Origin: Vairimorpha necatrix | Taxonomy: Eukaryota | Assembly (NCBI GenBank): GCA_036630325.1 | Contig: CP142729.1 | Location: 62,001 to 126,000 of the forward strand | Direction of reading: 5' to 3' | Length of the DNA: 64,000 bases | Shown here: positions 14,001 to 23,960 of the stretch, one piece after another | Position numbering within the stretch: the first letter of the stretch is position 1 | Layout: each line of letters begins with the position of its first letter | The notes under the pieces: model-generated | Told to the model about the DNA's origin: nothing | The model's input: only the letters and a program-made list of their open reading frames with translations | The model's database searches: none | Program-made: the position numbers and the translations under genes

Positions 14001-14806
14001 TTCTTATCTGAACACTTCTTATAATCATTTCTGTCACCCGTATTGGTTTGTATTTTATTATTCGATTTATTCTTTAATAGTTCTGGACAATTACTTCTAT
14101 AATGTTGACCTTTGCAATTGTAACAGCTAATCAATTTCTTTTGAAAACTACTTCTCGCATCTTCCGATTTATTCTTGCTAATTTGCATCTTAGATTGTTC
14201 TTTACTCTCATTCTCAGAATCTATCTTAACTGCCAATTTCAAAACTGCCATCCAACTCTTACAATCCCTGTATCGATTTGCATTCCCAACTGGTATATTC
14301 ATAACTACCGTATTAATAACATCTTTTAGTGGTATAGTAATGTTTTTGTGTATCGAGTAAATTTCTAACCATAATATCTCGTTATTACATTCTCTCAGCT
14401 TCTTATGTAATAGTATATTCAACAATTTACTGTTGCCAGAAACTTCTTCGGGACTGAAGTATTCTAAGAAATGTTGTTCAAACTCGACTACACTTTCAAA
14501 CACATTATATCTTGAGCCTTCAAACCAGAGTCGGGCTTTTCCAGTGAGATTAGTTTCTACAAACCCAAAATATTCTTCTTCAGTCCAAGATTCTCTAAAT
14601 GGTTTAAATTGTAGTAAGAACTCTTCTGCTTCTGTCCTTTTACCATCAAATTTTCTGAAGTTGTATGTACCCCTGATGTTGATCTTCATTGCAGCTAATT
14701 GTTTTTCTAACATCTCCACTGTATTCCTTGTCTTTTGTTTCTCTACTGGTTCCTTATCATCTTCGTTGTCGCCATTTGTTAAATAAAGTTTCTCCTTCCT
14801 TTTCAT
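10985..14806 (-). CDS. Gag-Pol polyprotein (gag, CCHC knuckle, aspartic protease, RT, RNase H, integrase), 1273 aa
   Basis: CYNCKGQHYRSNC; LLDYGAD; MRMCIDYRKLN, MPFGL, YLDD; YTDAS, TDHSSL, ADVLSR; HHCC, GLDIVGP, TDQG, GQTER, WTGPY. Gypsy domain order PR-RT-RH-IN. Confidence 0.96.
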   Translation of the reverse strand: MKRKEKLYLTNGDNEDDKEPVEKQKTRNTVEMLEKQLAAMKINIRGTYNFRKFDGKRTEAEEFLLQFKPFRESWTEEEYFGFVETNLTGKARLWFEGSRYNVFESVVEFEQHFLEYFSPEEVSGNSKLLNILLHKKLRECNNEILWLEIYSIHKNITIPLKDVINTVVMNIPVGNANRYRDCKSWMAVLKLAVKIDSENESKEQSKMQISKNKSEDARSSFQKKLISCYNCKGQHYRSNCPELLKNKSNNKIQTNTGDRNDYKKCSDKKLMTLTCSSKAANVPRFLVKIGGGKVPALLDYGADINYISYDLVKMLNIPIDMENRISVNLATRKDSSVGMLKAVLRDKNNQHAYETEFAVMEDLNENILIGSITSRHLGIKVHWEENEIEIFNDGTRLKLETEEYSLKSVISEEIPMEIEALECKFGEHEEVNKNTKCLLYKYMKESDNKEKALPFRHDIKLKDHSKAICCKPYRRNPQQNLIIKNKIEEMLQNGLIRESTSNYVSPVVLAPKKDGGMRMCIDYRKLNENTISTPYPIPHMDEAIDAIQGTDMYSTLDLEMGYHQIEMNPRDIHKTAFIVKQGVYEWTKMPFGLVNAPFTFQKIMNWIFKDILWRKVVVYLDDILIFSRGKDKHVDDVREVLEILSKFGLRLNMKKCAFAVSKIDFLGHTVENGELKIKSDQLDKVNTLENPKNVSDLRKLLGFIVYFKRFIPSYTMKAMPLLKRLKKGNFIFGDEEEKALELLKQEILNAKPLLLPDMNKTFYLYTDASDIGIAGVLTQFTDTGKEMPITWISRTLNSAEINYTTTEKECLAIVWSIEKLKVYLSNDFIIRTDHSSLIWLMKQKTPIGRLARWIMKLQNYKYEIEHIKGSDNVLADVLSRGVLENCQLRKCQTVVKNEDRINIEEDNETITKLIQRAHLELGHGGIDSTIMYIRNIASVPNIRNRVVEYIRNCETCRRFRDKTLQNNIRRVEIKSPFYMIGLDIVGPLPTTDGGNKFILVGTDYLTKWAEVRALKRKDAESVAKFIYEEFLLRHGPPEVILTDQGLEFNNKIIKKLCLMINTRKSFTSAYHPRCNGQTERLNRTLIARLAKICNGRWSEWDMFLPIALYAYRITPLIKFKSSPFRLLYGREPKDITTEKEDGGAVFIEENDTLKKIDLLRKKLHEKVIEDRNRDIQRANDRVKGKNIQVGDAVMKKKEPFEKLNKLDDKWTGPYLVRRKFDSGGFEIEDMYGKLFRYNEKDLQLIENLDPTDWESLKKGSMLQDDNLVTEIIL
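14764..14774 (-). promoter_or_regulatory. Primer-binding site TGGCGACAACG (probably tRNA-Ser)
   Basis: 2 nt inside the 5' LTR boundary; begins with TGG, complementary to the tRNA CCA end. Confidence 0.8.
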
Positions 14807-14936
14807 AATATTTTTAGATGGGTAAAATATTTATTTATTATTTATAGTAAATATTTTACAGTAGATACTTTGGGTAAGTATCTACAATAAAGTAATTACA
14901 GGATAATCTCAGTAACTAGATTATCATCCTGTAACA
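14777..14936 (-). repeat. 5' LTR of gypsy element 1 (160 bp)
   Basis: Identical to 10866-11025; contains TATAAA, AATAAA, a CCC motif and the gag ATG (14806). Confidence 0.97.
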
Positions 14937-16865
14937 CTATACATATTCATTTGTCGTGTTCATTATTCCGAAGCTAATCTTTTTAAAATTCATAATTGCA
15001 ATTTAAATTACAATTTTTTAGAATGTTTTTATTTATGTGTTATAGATATATGTGACTGGCATCTGCCCAACGAAGTAATATTGTTGTAAACTTGAAAAAT
15101 CTATATGGTTCTCTTTTTTTCGATCCCTAACGTTTGATCCCTCTTCATTTTATATCCAGATGTGTTTTTTATATAATTACTTTTGAAGAATGATTATACT
15201 TGAATTCGAATGGGAATTACTAGATAAATTACTTTATAAGCCTCGATTATAAAGATTGACCTGCCCATACCACTGTAAAAAGTCAATCGGTTTTTGTATA
15301 AATTGAGACTGTCCTTATTGCTTATCCTTGTGTTAGGACAAGTTCCAGTCTGCTAATGGCCTCAACCGGCCCAGATCATAAATTCTTGTGTATTAATGAA
15401 AAATATAGCCCAAGTAATTCCTAGGATCATTTATCCTCGATTTTTGACTGTGTATTTACAAAATAATTTTGGATTATCTGTTTCAATTGATTTAGCTTTA
15501 ATTATATATCTAATACCCTTTCCTTCGCATGATAAAAAAATATAAAGCCTTTTTATACGAAGATTTTACAAAAATCTATAATTATGTTTTCTACTTACAG
15601 TACTATTTATCTTCGAATTTAAAAAGTCTGTTATTTTTAGTTTTAAATATTTCCTCTTCTCACATGTATATATATACATTTCATGTTAAAACTTATCAGA
15701 AATTTGAAAATCCTTAAAATGCATACGAATTGGAATGTTGAGATTAATAAAATTTTTTTTGACGTGATTCCGAGTTGTTACCCCTGGATAGATACAGTTC
15801 TCTTAAATTGAAATTGTTTAAGGTCCGAAAAAAGAGTCTAGTGTCCGCCGAAGGTCTAATCTAAACTAAAAGCTCTTATTGGTCAAGTGTCCTAAAGAAT
15901 AAATATAATAATTCATTTATCTGGTCATGACTGGTATGGGCAATAAGAAATAATTGAAAAAAAAAGTGAAATAGACCGATGAATCCGGTTTATTTCTAAA
16001 CAGAAAATATTATGGATTAAAATTAATAATATATTTTTATCGTAATACCACAGTTTTATAATATTTTAATTTGACGTATTTTTCATTTTTTGTAGATTTT
16101 TATTTTCAAATACCTTCTTTGAATTATATATTTATCATCTTGAAAACTTGCAAATTGTAAATTTGAAAAATTAAAATTGTACCATTTTAAACTAATCATT
16201 TTCATATGATTTTCATCTGCAACTTCGTTTATAATAATATATCTTGTGGACTGTTGTTGGTCCAATAGCCTGTGAAGAAGGTTTACTATTAATTGTTTAT
16301 TTATCTTTCTCATCTTCTTACCCTTCTGAGAATGAATTTCTTTTATGTTTATGGGCGGGGAAATCTGGTACATTTTCCCGCCAAAACATGAATAATACAA
16401 ATTAGGAGAATATCTTCTTAATGGTATTCTCTAGTCTCCAGGGCCATATGAGGACCACCGGAGAGCTCTTCCTTGACATATATATTTACAATGTATCATA
16501 AAAAAATAAAGATATTGAACCTCAAAAAATCAAAATTACGCCTGTAGAGTTGATTATTATTATTATCCATCCCCTCTTTTAAAAATGTTTTTAAATAGTT
16601 TTAGTTGCCAATAAAATACTTTAATTTGTCGAAAGATGATTGGCTAGTTTTTGTGGTCCACGAAAACGCCATTTTAGACTAATTATTTTTTCATGATTTC
16701 AACTCCTTCTTAACCTATGTATTTATATACATACTTGTCATCTTTGAAAAAAAAGAAAATTTCAAATCTTTAAAAAATCAAAATTATGTAATTTTATACT
16801 AATTATTAAAATGATTTTGGTCTCTCCTTCTGTTGCATATATATATATATATATATACATATTTG

Positions 16866-17150
16866 ATGTACAAGTGCAAATTTCAAATAATACCATACGT
16901 CATGACATGGGACGGAATCGTGACAAAGTGTTAAAGCAATTATGTTAATACCATTGGCCTATCGACTAGTACCGAAGCTTACATCAAGTTGAGTGCATTT
17001 ATAAGACACTAGTGAGATCTCCTTTGAAAGCCTTCAAGAACTCGCAGAGTTTAAATCTTGAACCAAGAACATAGTAAAGGTAGATGGGAGATGGTGTGAC
17101 CAGATAGAATGCGCGGCAATGGATATAAATTTTGAAGAAAATAAGCCCAA
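16866..17150 (+). mobile_element. 3' fragment of RLE non-LTR retrotransposon
   Basis: Plus strand IPYVMTWDGIVTKC*SNYVNTIGLSTSTEAYI matches the family; preceded by (TA)n at about 16837-16856. Confidence 0.8.
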
Positions 17151-17565
17151 AGATAACTTTAATAAATAAATTATACATGAGATTTCTTTAAGATATCTTT
17201 TATTAAAAATTTTTATATTTGTTATCGCACAACGGGTTATTTCATACCATATATTTTGTTTCATACTTTAAATTTTTTCAAATCCTTAAAATATTTATAT
17301 ATATTTTTATTCTTTCCGATATTTTGATGCTGAAGATATGGTAATTTTTAACTTAAAATTTTATTAAAACGATTTATATTCAGGTTGTAGTCCTTGCTAG
17401 CTTATTAATCGGGTTTGTTAGATTTTAATCTTTTGCATTCTTGTAATTTCTTCTTAAATATAGATACTTGTAGTATTATAAAAAAATGTTTAAATTTATA
17501 AACAAAATAAATATGCTATTTTTGCTATTAGAATTTTATCATTTAGTTTTATCTTCATATTTTAT

Positions 17566-18274
17566 TTTTTTTTTCTTGCAAGTAGGAGGTAGGGAGAAAC
17601 CTTACATAGGAACAAGGGGGATTTGGGTGTGATCCTCATCCAACTGGTACTGTGAAATTCTTACTCACTAAAACTCCCTCCATACAACTTGCCGGCGCAG
17701 CAAGCTCCGCCGTATCCATTGGACTTTGGCTCCAGGAGAACACTTTCCATTTTTTCCTCAAATCGCGTCAAGAGTGACCTCACAGCGGATATACTTAACG
17801 GGCATGGTTATCTATAACCCGAGGAGAGACATCATCGTACTGGCTCAAAGGTCCCTACAATCATCTGTATTGCACACGGCTCCTTATACGACCACATCCC
17901 CAGCCCGCCGTTTTTATTAGGCTGCGTTGACAACCAGTCTCCCACTAGTTTCGGCCACCGCGTTACAGAATCTTGTAGGATAGGGTCAACGAGACCTTCT
18001 ATTGCCCTACTTCGTCTAGTCTCTAGTTAGCTCTAGAATCCCACTCTAGAGTGCACCAGCCATGGGCTCCAACTAGGCCATACCCATTAGATACTTTTAT
18101 GTATCATTAAGTCACCAAAGAGTGATACTGCTTTTTGGCCTTGAGGTGCGTTTCTACACTAGATGCTAATCCCCTTGTGGCTGGACACAAACAAGTTTCA
18201 TTGAATCAACTTAATGATTATCGTGAACATTTTCATCATCTGAGTTGTTCCAACTGCATCATAGAAAGTAGAAA
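17566..18274 (-). mobile_element. GC-rich retroposed insertion (LINE 3' UTR or SINE-like) with poly(A) and 13-bp TSD
   Basis: Direct repeat CTTCATATTTTAT at 17553-17565 and 18275-18287; T-run directly inside the left repeat; strong GC contrast with the flanks; no credible ORF. Confidence 0.7.
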
Positions 18275-19498
18275 CTTCATATTTTATATATAGATAAAAT
18301 GCATTTTGAAAAAAATTTTATCTTAAATTCAAAAACCATTTTAAGTATTTAGATTTTTATTAATGTGCATACTAAGTGTACTGCATCTAGTTTTGAGTAG
18401 AATATTTTTTTTTTCTTGAAAGATTTCTATCTTACTTTTATAAATGAGAGTACATATTTCTTCAAACTGTGAAAGTTTCGTTATTTAGAAAATTTTAGAA
18501 GATATTCAATCTGATTTATGGTTTTATTGAATATTACCGCTATTGGTCTTATTTACAAAACGAAAAAACCATAATACTTTTTTTTATGGTATATTTGATT
18601 CTTTTTCTCTTATAAAAAATGTATATTTTGAATTTCTTTAACATATAGATAAATCTCATTTCTTTATGTTTTGTATTATCAATTTTCTTACGCATATATA
18701 TATATATACACTTTGACAACGAGAAAGAAATTTTGAAGCGAAGATGTGAAAAAAACATCTAGTAAGTATAAATATAGCAATTATATGACTAATAACATTT
18801 TTTAATTCATTTTATTTGTTTGAATAAAAAGTATAAAGGTAAAAACCCATTTATAATGACTGTATAAATTTGCGAAAAAACTAAAAATCTTAGACAATTA
18901 TAAATAAAAAAATGTAGATGTGTAATCCAAGGATAAACTGAAAACTAGATAATTTAAGATGAAGCAGAAAGTATTGCCAAACTTTTGAAAAAAAAATTAA
19001 GAAATACTTTATGAATACCAATAGTCTAATTTTATATGTTATAAAATTAAAACAACCAAAATTATCAGATAAAATGCATGTGATCTTCTTAAAAACATAA
19101 AATAATGTAAAGCGATAGTAGAGTGAAACTAAATAATTAGAGATGTACTACAACCTTCGTAAATTAAGTAAATACAAGTAAAAAGACATATAGTGACTTG
19201 TTTATAATTTAAATGGCCATTTTTATATTAAGACATGATTTAAAGCTCCCGTTGTAATAGGCCAGGAAAAAAAACTGTAAACAAGAAACAAACTGTATTT
19301 ACATACTAAAAGGTCGTAAATTAAACGAAGTGCTTATATCTTCACTTTAGCGTATCTTTTGATTATAATTTTTTTGTAAAAAATTTAAAAAAAGAGGTTT
19401 TGGTTCAATTGTGTTAATAGAAAAGTGCACAAAAAAGCTATTAAAAAATAATCACTTAATTTAAGATTATTAAAAACAATAGATAAAAAATAACTTAG

Positions 19499-21688
19499 CT
19501 ATTTATTTTTTTTTTGGTTTCCTAATATTTTTGATAAATCATTAAATAATTGTAAATTGTCATTTACAACATCGAAAATTATTTTCTCTCCCAAAAATTC
19601 TTTTAATTTCAAAATTATATCATTCCATTTTTGCTTTTCAAATTTGTCTTCAGAAAATTCATGTTTAAATAGTTCAATTAAGGCATGGTTGAAATATTTT
19701 TTACATTTCGTTTGTATGTTTCCTGGTGTAATTTTTATAAAATTATATAAGAATTTATCTTTTAATTTGTCTTTATATTCGTTTATTGTTTTTTTATCTA
19801 TATTCATCGAAATTAATTTCGATTCACAATTACTAAAGGATTTTTCAATCAAATCGATTCCTTCATTTAATAAATTGTTTTTCTCTGTTTCATCATTATT
19901 ATCATAAATATAATTATTTAGAATTTTATATCCAATATTATCCAAATCACTGTTACATAAATGTTTCGAATGTATTTCAATTAAACGATTTCTAGTTAAT
20001 TTCTTTTCATCGTCGCTTTGCATATTTTCTTTTATTTTTTTAATTAAATTTTTATTGTCTTTTTCTATATTTATTGTATCTAGTTGCAAGCATTTGATAA
20101 CGCAATTCTTTTTAATATGGTAATTAGTAGAAAAAACATCGTTGTATATTTTCACATGTTGAGACACCGATAATAATGAAAAAGTATTACAAATTTTTTT
20201 TTCAATTGCATTTTCATATTTATATTTATAGTTATTATGAACTTCTACTATTACGCTAAAAATTTTTACTAAATTATATTTTCGATTGTTACTACCTATT
20301 TTTCCTTCTTTTTTATTGTTTTTTGTAACAACAATATCACCAATATCTTTTATTATTTTAAATAGTGAATCATCGCTTACATCTTTATCATTGATATATT
20401 TCTCTGCTTCTAATATCAAGATCAATTTTAATAAATATAATTCGGTTTTATCTGAATTTTTAAACATTGCTGATAAATCTTTTATTACATGAACCAAACT
20501 AATTTCACTGTCTTCTCTTTCACCGATCAAGAAAGATAGTGTATTTTCGTCTAATAATTTTTTATGTAACATTAGATGTAATAATATTAGATTCAAAGCC
20601 GATTTTTGAGTGTTAATAATTCTTCCAAGTAAGAATTCTATCTTATGGTTTATTTTCATCAATTTATAGAACAATTTTATTCCTGTCTTTATATTTTTTT
20701 TATAACCAGTATCAAAGATTTTTTTGAATTCGGTAAAGCAACTTATGTTTATACGACTTTTATTATAATTATTCTTTATAGTATTATCTGTATAGTAGAA
20801 ATATTCAGTGGCGTTAGATTTAAAGATTATTATTTTTTGAGTAATTCTAATTGAAAAATATTTACCCTTGTTGATTACTGCAATTTTATTAGCGGTCCAA
20901 TTTATTTGTGTTGTACAATTAGTTACATAATATAAATTAAAATTTTTAGAAGATAAATTATACAAATCAATAAGTTTCTTAAATATTTGACACTCATAAT
21001 TATTTGGAATATTAACTTCTGCATTAACCAAGTAATATAAATCATCAATGCAAAAAGAGAAGAAAAAACAAATATTATCTATAACAATACGTATACAAAC
21101 ATAATTCTTATTATCAAAGTAATCAATATAATAGTAGATTGATGATAACTCCATTCTTCGTGACAATTCTTCGTTTTGATAGTTTTTTCCATTAATGATT
21201 TTTTGTAAGAAATTATCTTGGTGACAAATATTAACATAGCAAATTTCAAAAGATTTTCTTTTGGTTCTTCGAAGAAGATTTTGTTTTTTAAGTTCTTCTA
21301 TAATAATTTTAAATGTAGAAAAATTTATAAAATCATATCCGTCGTAAAAAAGTACAATTGAATGATTATAAACATCGTTTAAAATTTCTTCTATGTTATA
21401 TTCAATTTCTTTTATTATATCATTAGTATTTTTTTTTTCTAATTTAATATCAAAATTTCCTAAATTTGAATTATAATAAAGATCATCATATAAATCTGAG
21501 ATTAGAAAATTAATCTTTTTATCACAATAAGAAGCATATATAATTATCTTTTTATTTTGTTTAGAAAAATCAAAGACTAAATAATCTCTATATTTTATTT
21601 TCATCATAATTTTATTTTTAATTTTTTCATATAAAAACTGTTGGGATTGTATCAACACAATTATTGAAAATAATTTCATGATCTTCAT
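19499..21688 (-). CDS. Hypothetical, putatively secreted protein, 729 aa
   Basis: Long intact ORF. Start re-assigned to the ATG at 21688 (CCACCCAT-ATG), giving signal-peptide-like MKIMKLFSIIVLIQSQQ. No recognisable domain. Confidence 0.8.
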   Translation of the reverse strand: MKIMKLFSIIVLIQSQQFLYEKIKNKIMMKIKYRDYLVFDFSKQNKKIIIYASYCDKKINFLISDLYDDLYYNSNLGNFDIKLEKKNTNDIIKEIEYNIEEILNDVYNHSIVLFYDGYDFINFSTFKIIIEELKKQNLLRRTKRKSFEICYVNICHQDNFLQKIINGKNYQNEELSRRMELSSIYYYIDYFDNKNYVCIRIVIDNICFFFSFCIDDLYYLVNAEVNIPNNYECQIFKKLIDLYNLSSKNFNLYYVTNCTTQINWTANKIAVINKGKYFSIRITQKIIIFKSNATEYFYYTDNTIKNNYNKSRINISCFTEFKKIFDTGYKKNIKTGIKLFYKLMKINHKIEFLLGRIINTQKSALNLILLHLMLHKKLLDENTLSFLIGEREDSEISLVHVIKDLSAMFKNSDKTELYLLKLILILEAEKYINDKDVSDDSLFKIIKDIGDIVVTKNNKKEGKIGSNNRKYNLVKIFSVIVEVHNNYKYKYENAIEKKICNTFSLLSVSQHVKIYNDVFSTNYHIKKNCVIKCLQLDTINIEKDNKNLIKKIKENMQSDDEKKLTRNRLIEIHSKHLCNSDLDNIGYKILNNYIYDNNDETEKNNLLNEGIDLIEKSFSNCESKLISMNIDKKTINEYKDKLKDKFLYNFIKITPGNIQTKCKKYFNHALIELFKHEFSEDKFEKQKWNDIILKLKEFLGEKIIFDVVNDNLQLFNDLSKILGNQKKNK

Positions 21689-22629
21689 ATGGGTGGAGAT
21701 TAATTTTTTTTTATACAATAGTTAAATTAAATTAATGTAATAGATTCATCACTTATTTTTGAAAATTTTAAAACATATTATTTTATTTAAATTTTTGTAT
21801 TTCTAAATTTTTTCCAAATTAAAATATATTTTATGAAAATATTTGACAGTTAACATAAAAATGCTAATAAATATACAAAAAATTTACATGTTATCAAGAA
21901 AATAACGAAAATGTATAGTAAATCAAATTTGACAAAAAATTTAAAGCTTTATTTAATTGTAATGAATTAACTAAGCTGTCAAAACACTCATATTTCCAAA
22001 ACGTCATGATGCGCGTTGTGATTAATTAAAAAATCTTTTTTTCTAATTTATAATTTTAATATTATATCTAAAAATACGAAGTATTTTTTTTACTTAAGAG
22101 TTCAAATATATGTAATCTATTGCTTAAAATGATGTCTTGCAAGACTTCATCTTTTAATTATGAATTAATTACTTTTTGGCTGAGATTATATTAGCAAAAA
22201 GTTTATAAGTACCAATTTTTTATTTTTAACCCCTTGTTGTAAATTTAAAACAAAGAAAAAGAAATAAAATTAAAGTCTGTTAAAATTTTCCCAATAACAG
22301 TTTCTTTTGTTCTTCAAAAATAATAACAAACAATAAAAAATCAATCATCTAATCCAAGAAAAAAATAACAGGTGAAGTATTAAATTTAATTTTTTTGTAT
22401 TTTCTTAAGAATCAATAATATTCATTTGCTATTTTAAATGTTTAGAAACATTTAAAAAATATAAATAGATTATAGGTCGAAGATTTTTTTTGTTCATAAT
22501 AAAGAAATTATAATTTAAAAATTTTCTGTACATTGTTGAGATATTATTTACCATATTATCTAATTTTATTTTGTTTTTATCTTCAAGTACTTTTTCTAGA
22601 ATAGATTTTGCTATAAATATTTTCTCTTT

Positions 22630-22865
22630 ATTTTACCACTACAAAAATAGACATAAACAGATGAATAAAAAGGAGAATCAGTCGAATAACTACGGGAGGT
22701 CGAGAAGAAACTTACCCCCTCTCAAGAGGATGGAGTATTACCCACACGAAAATACATATAATTATAATTTTACTAAAACGAATTTAAAGGCTGAGAAGCA
22801 TTCTTGAATGATATTTACAATATGGCCATCTCCTTATGGAAACACCACAATGGTATAAAAGGAAC
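22630..22865 (+). repeat. Dispersed repeat, homologous to 45775-45985 (possible 5' end of a non-LTR element)
   Basis: GAGAAGCATTCTTGAATGATATTTACAATATGGCCATCTCC here versus GAGAAGCATCATAGAATGCTATCTGAGGAACGGCCAACTCC on the minus strand at about 45800-45840. Confidence 0.45.
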
Positions 22866-23639
22866 TAATAATAATACAATACATAGGTATTTAATATATA
22901 ACTCTACTTTTAAAGGATTTTTTGTCTTATTTTTGATTTACCCTAACAACATTCCGTAATGATCCTTCAAGAAAGTATGCTTATAAATTGTTATTTATAA
23001 ATTGTTTGAACCTAGGTACATAATCTTACATATAGCTTTAAGAAAATAAAATGGGAATTATTGGATAATAACAAGTTTACGTCTATATAAATAAATTTAA
23101 CACTTTTACTCACATTTCTTCGTAAGAATATTATTTTAATATTTACAAGCAGTTTTAGACAAGTATAAAGAAAAACATTATTATTTAAACATTTTTTATT
23201 TATCATCTTTCTAATGTTTATAAACTTTAGTATTTAATCATATATATACATTTTGGGTCTAAAATATCAGATGTAAATTTCTTAACAGTAGTTTTTTTGA
23301 TAAATTATATCAAAGACAAACTAAAAAATATCTATGTAAAACATTAAGTCAAAAAAAATGTACGCAAGAAATAATATATATTTTTCTGAGACTTTAATTA
23401 TTACAAATTAAAGATTTTTAAGTACAATTGAGAATTGTTCGACACAAATTTTATATTTAGAAAATACTTTGGCTTCCAATGCAAATAACATCCTTTAATT
23501 GTTAAGTAGGATCCTTTTTATATTATAAGTAGTTCATATTTTTGATAGGTAGTTTTAGAATGATCTAAAAGAATGCTTGATTTAGATAGGCAAGCCCCTA
23601 ACTTTTACAATTTATCTAAAGTACGTGTAAAAGTAAAAA

Positions 23640-23960
23640 TTTTGGCAGAAAAACTGAAGTTGAAAAACTATTAATCGAAGAAATAAGTACCATAGGAGAA
23701 TAAATCTAAGGAGTTTTTGATTTTATATGTTGAAATTGTCATAAAAATATGCGGGGAAGAAGAATATTTAGGATGTTTCTGTTTCTTTTGATTTATTCCT
23801 ATTGAATGTGATTCTATTACCACTGCTCCTACTTGGCAGGCTTGTTTAAATTAAAATAATATTCTAAAGAACACAAGATGATATTACACAGAGCTTTCCG
23901 TTGTATAACAAAAAAAATTTTGTATATATAAATACTAAATCAGGCAGATGAGGGAATTCT
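23640..23960 (+). pseudogene. Possible PIF1-like helicase remnant
   Basis: KLLIEEISTIGE...VFDFIC and later TELSVV*QKK resemble PIF1 motifs LIIDEISM and ELTKVFRQK; many stops. Confidence 0.3.

Larger units (their letters stand above)
10866..14936 (-). mobile_element. Full-length Ty3/gypsy LTR retrotransposon, very recent
   Basis: Identical 160-bp LTRs (TG...CA); 5-bp TSD CTATA at 10861-10865 and 14937-14941; PBS, PPT and a single gag-pol ORF. Confidence 0.97.

Noticed and set aside
11253..14786. Plus-strand ORFs overlapping gypsy element 1
   Set aside because: Antisense shadows of the gag-pol frame; no start motif or domain.
15050..16480. Moderately GC-enriched decayed coding-like sequence, including ORF 16083..16400
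   Set aside because: Weak resemblance to RNase H or helicase fragments, but no motif could be confirmed.
17726..17920. 64-aa ORF in the GC-rich island
   Set aside because: TTG start, no motif, expected by chance in GC-rich DNA.
17580..18200. GC island as telomerase RNA, RNase P/MRP or rRNA
   Set aside because: No conserved motifs or telomeric template recognised; TSD plus A-tail favour retroposition. An Rfam scan would settle it.
19557..20854. Plus-strand ORFs inside the 729-aa gene
   Set aside because: Antisense shadows.
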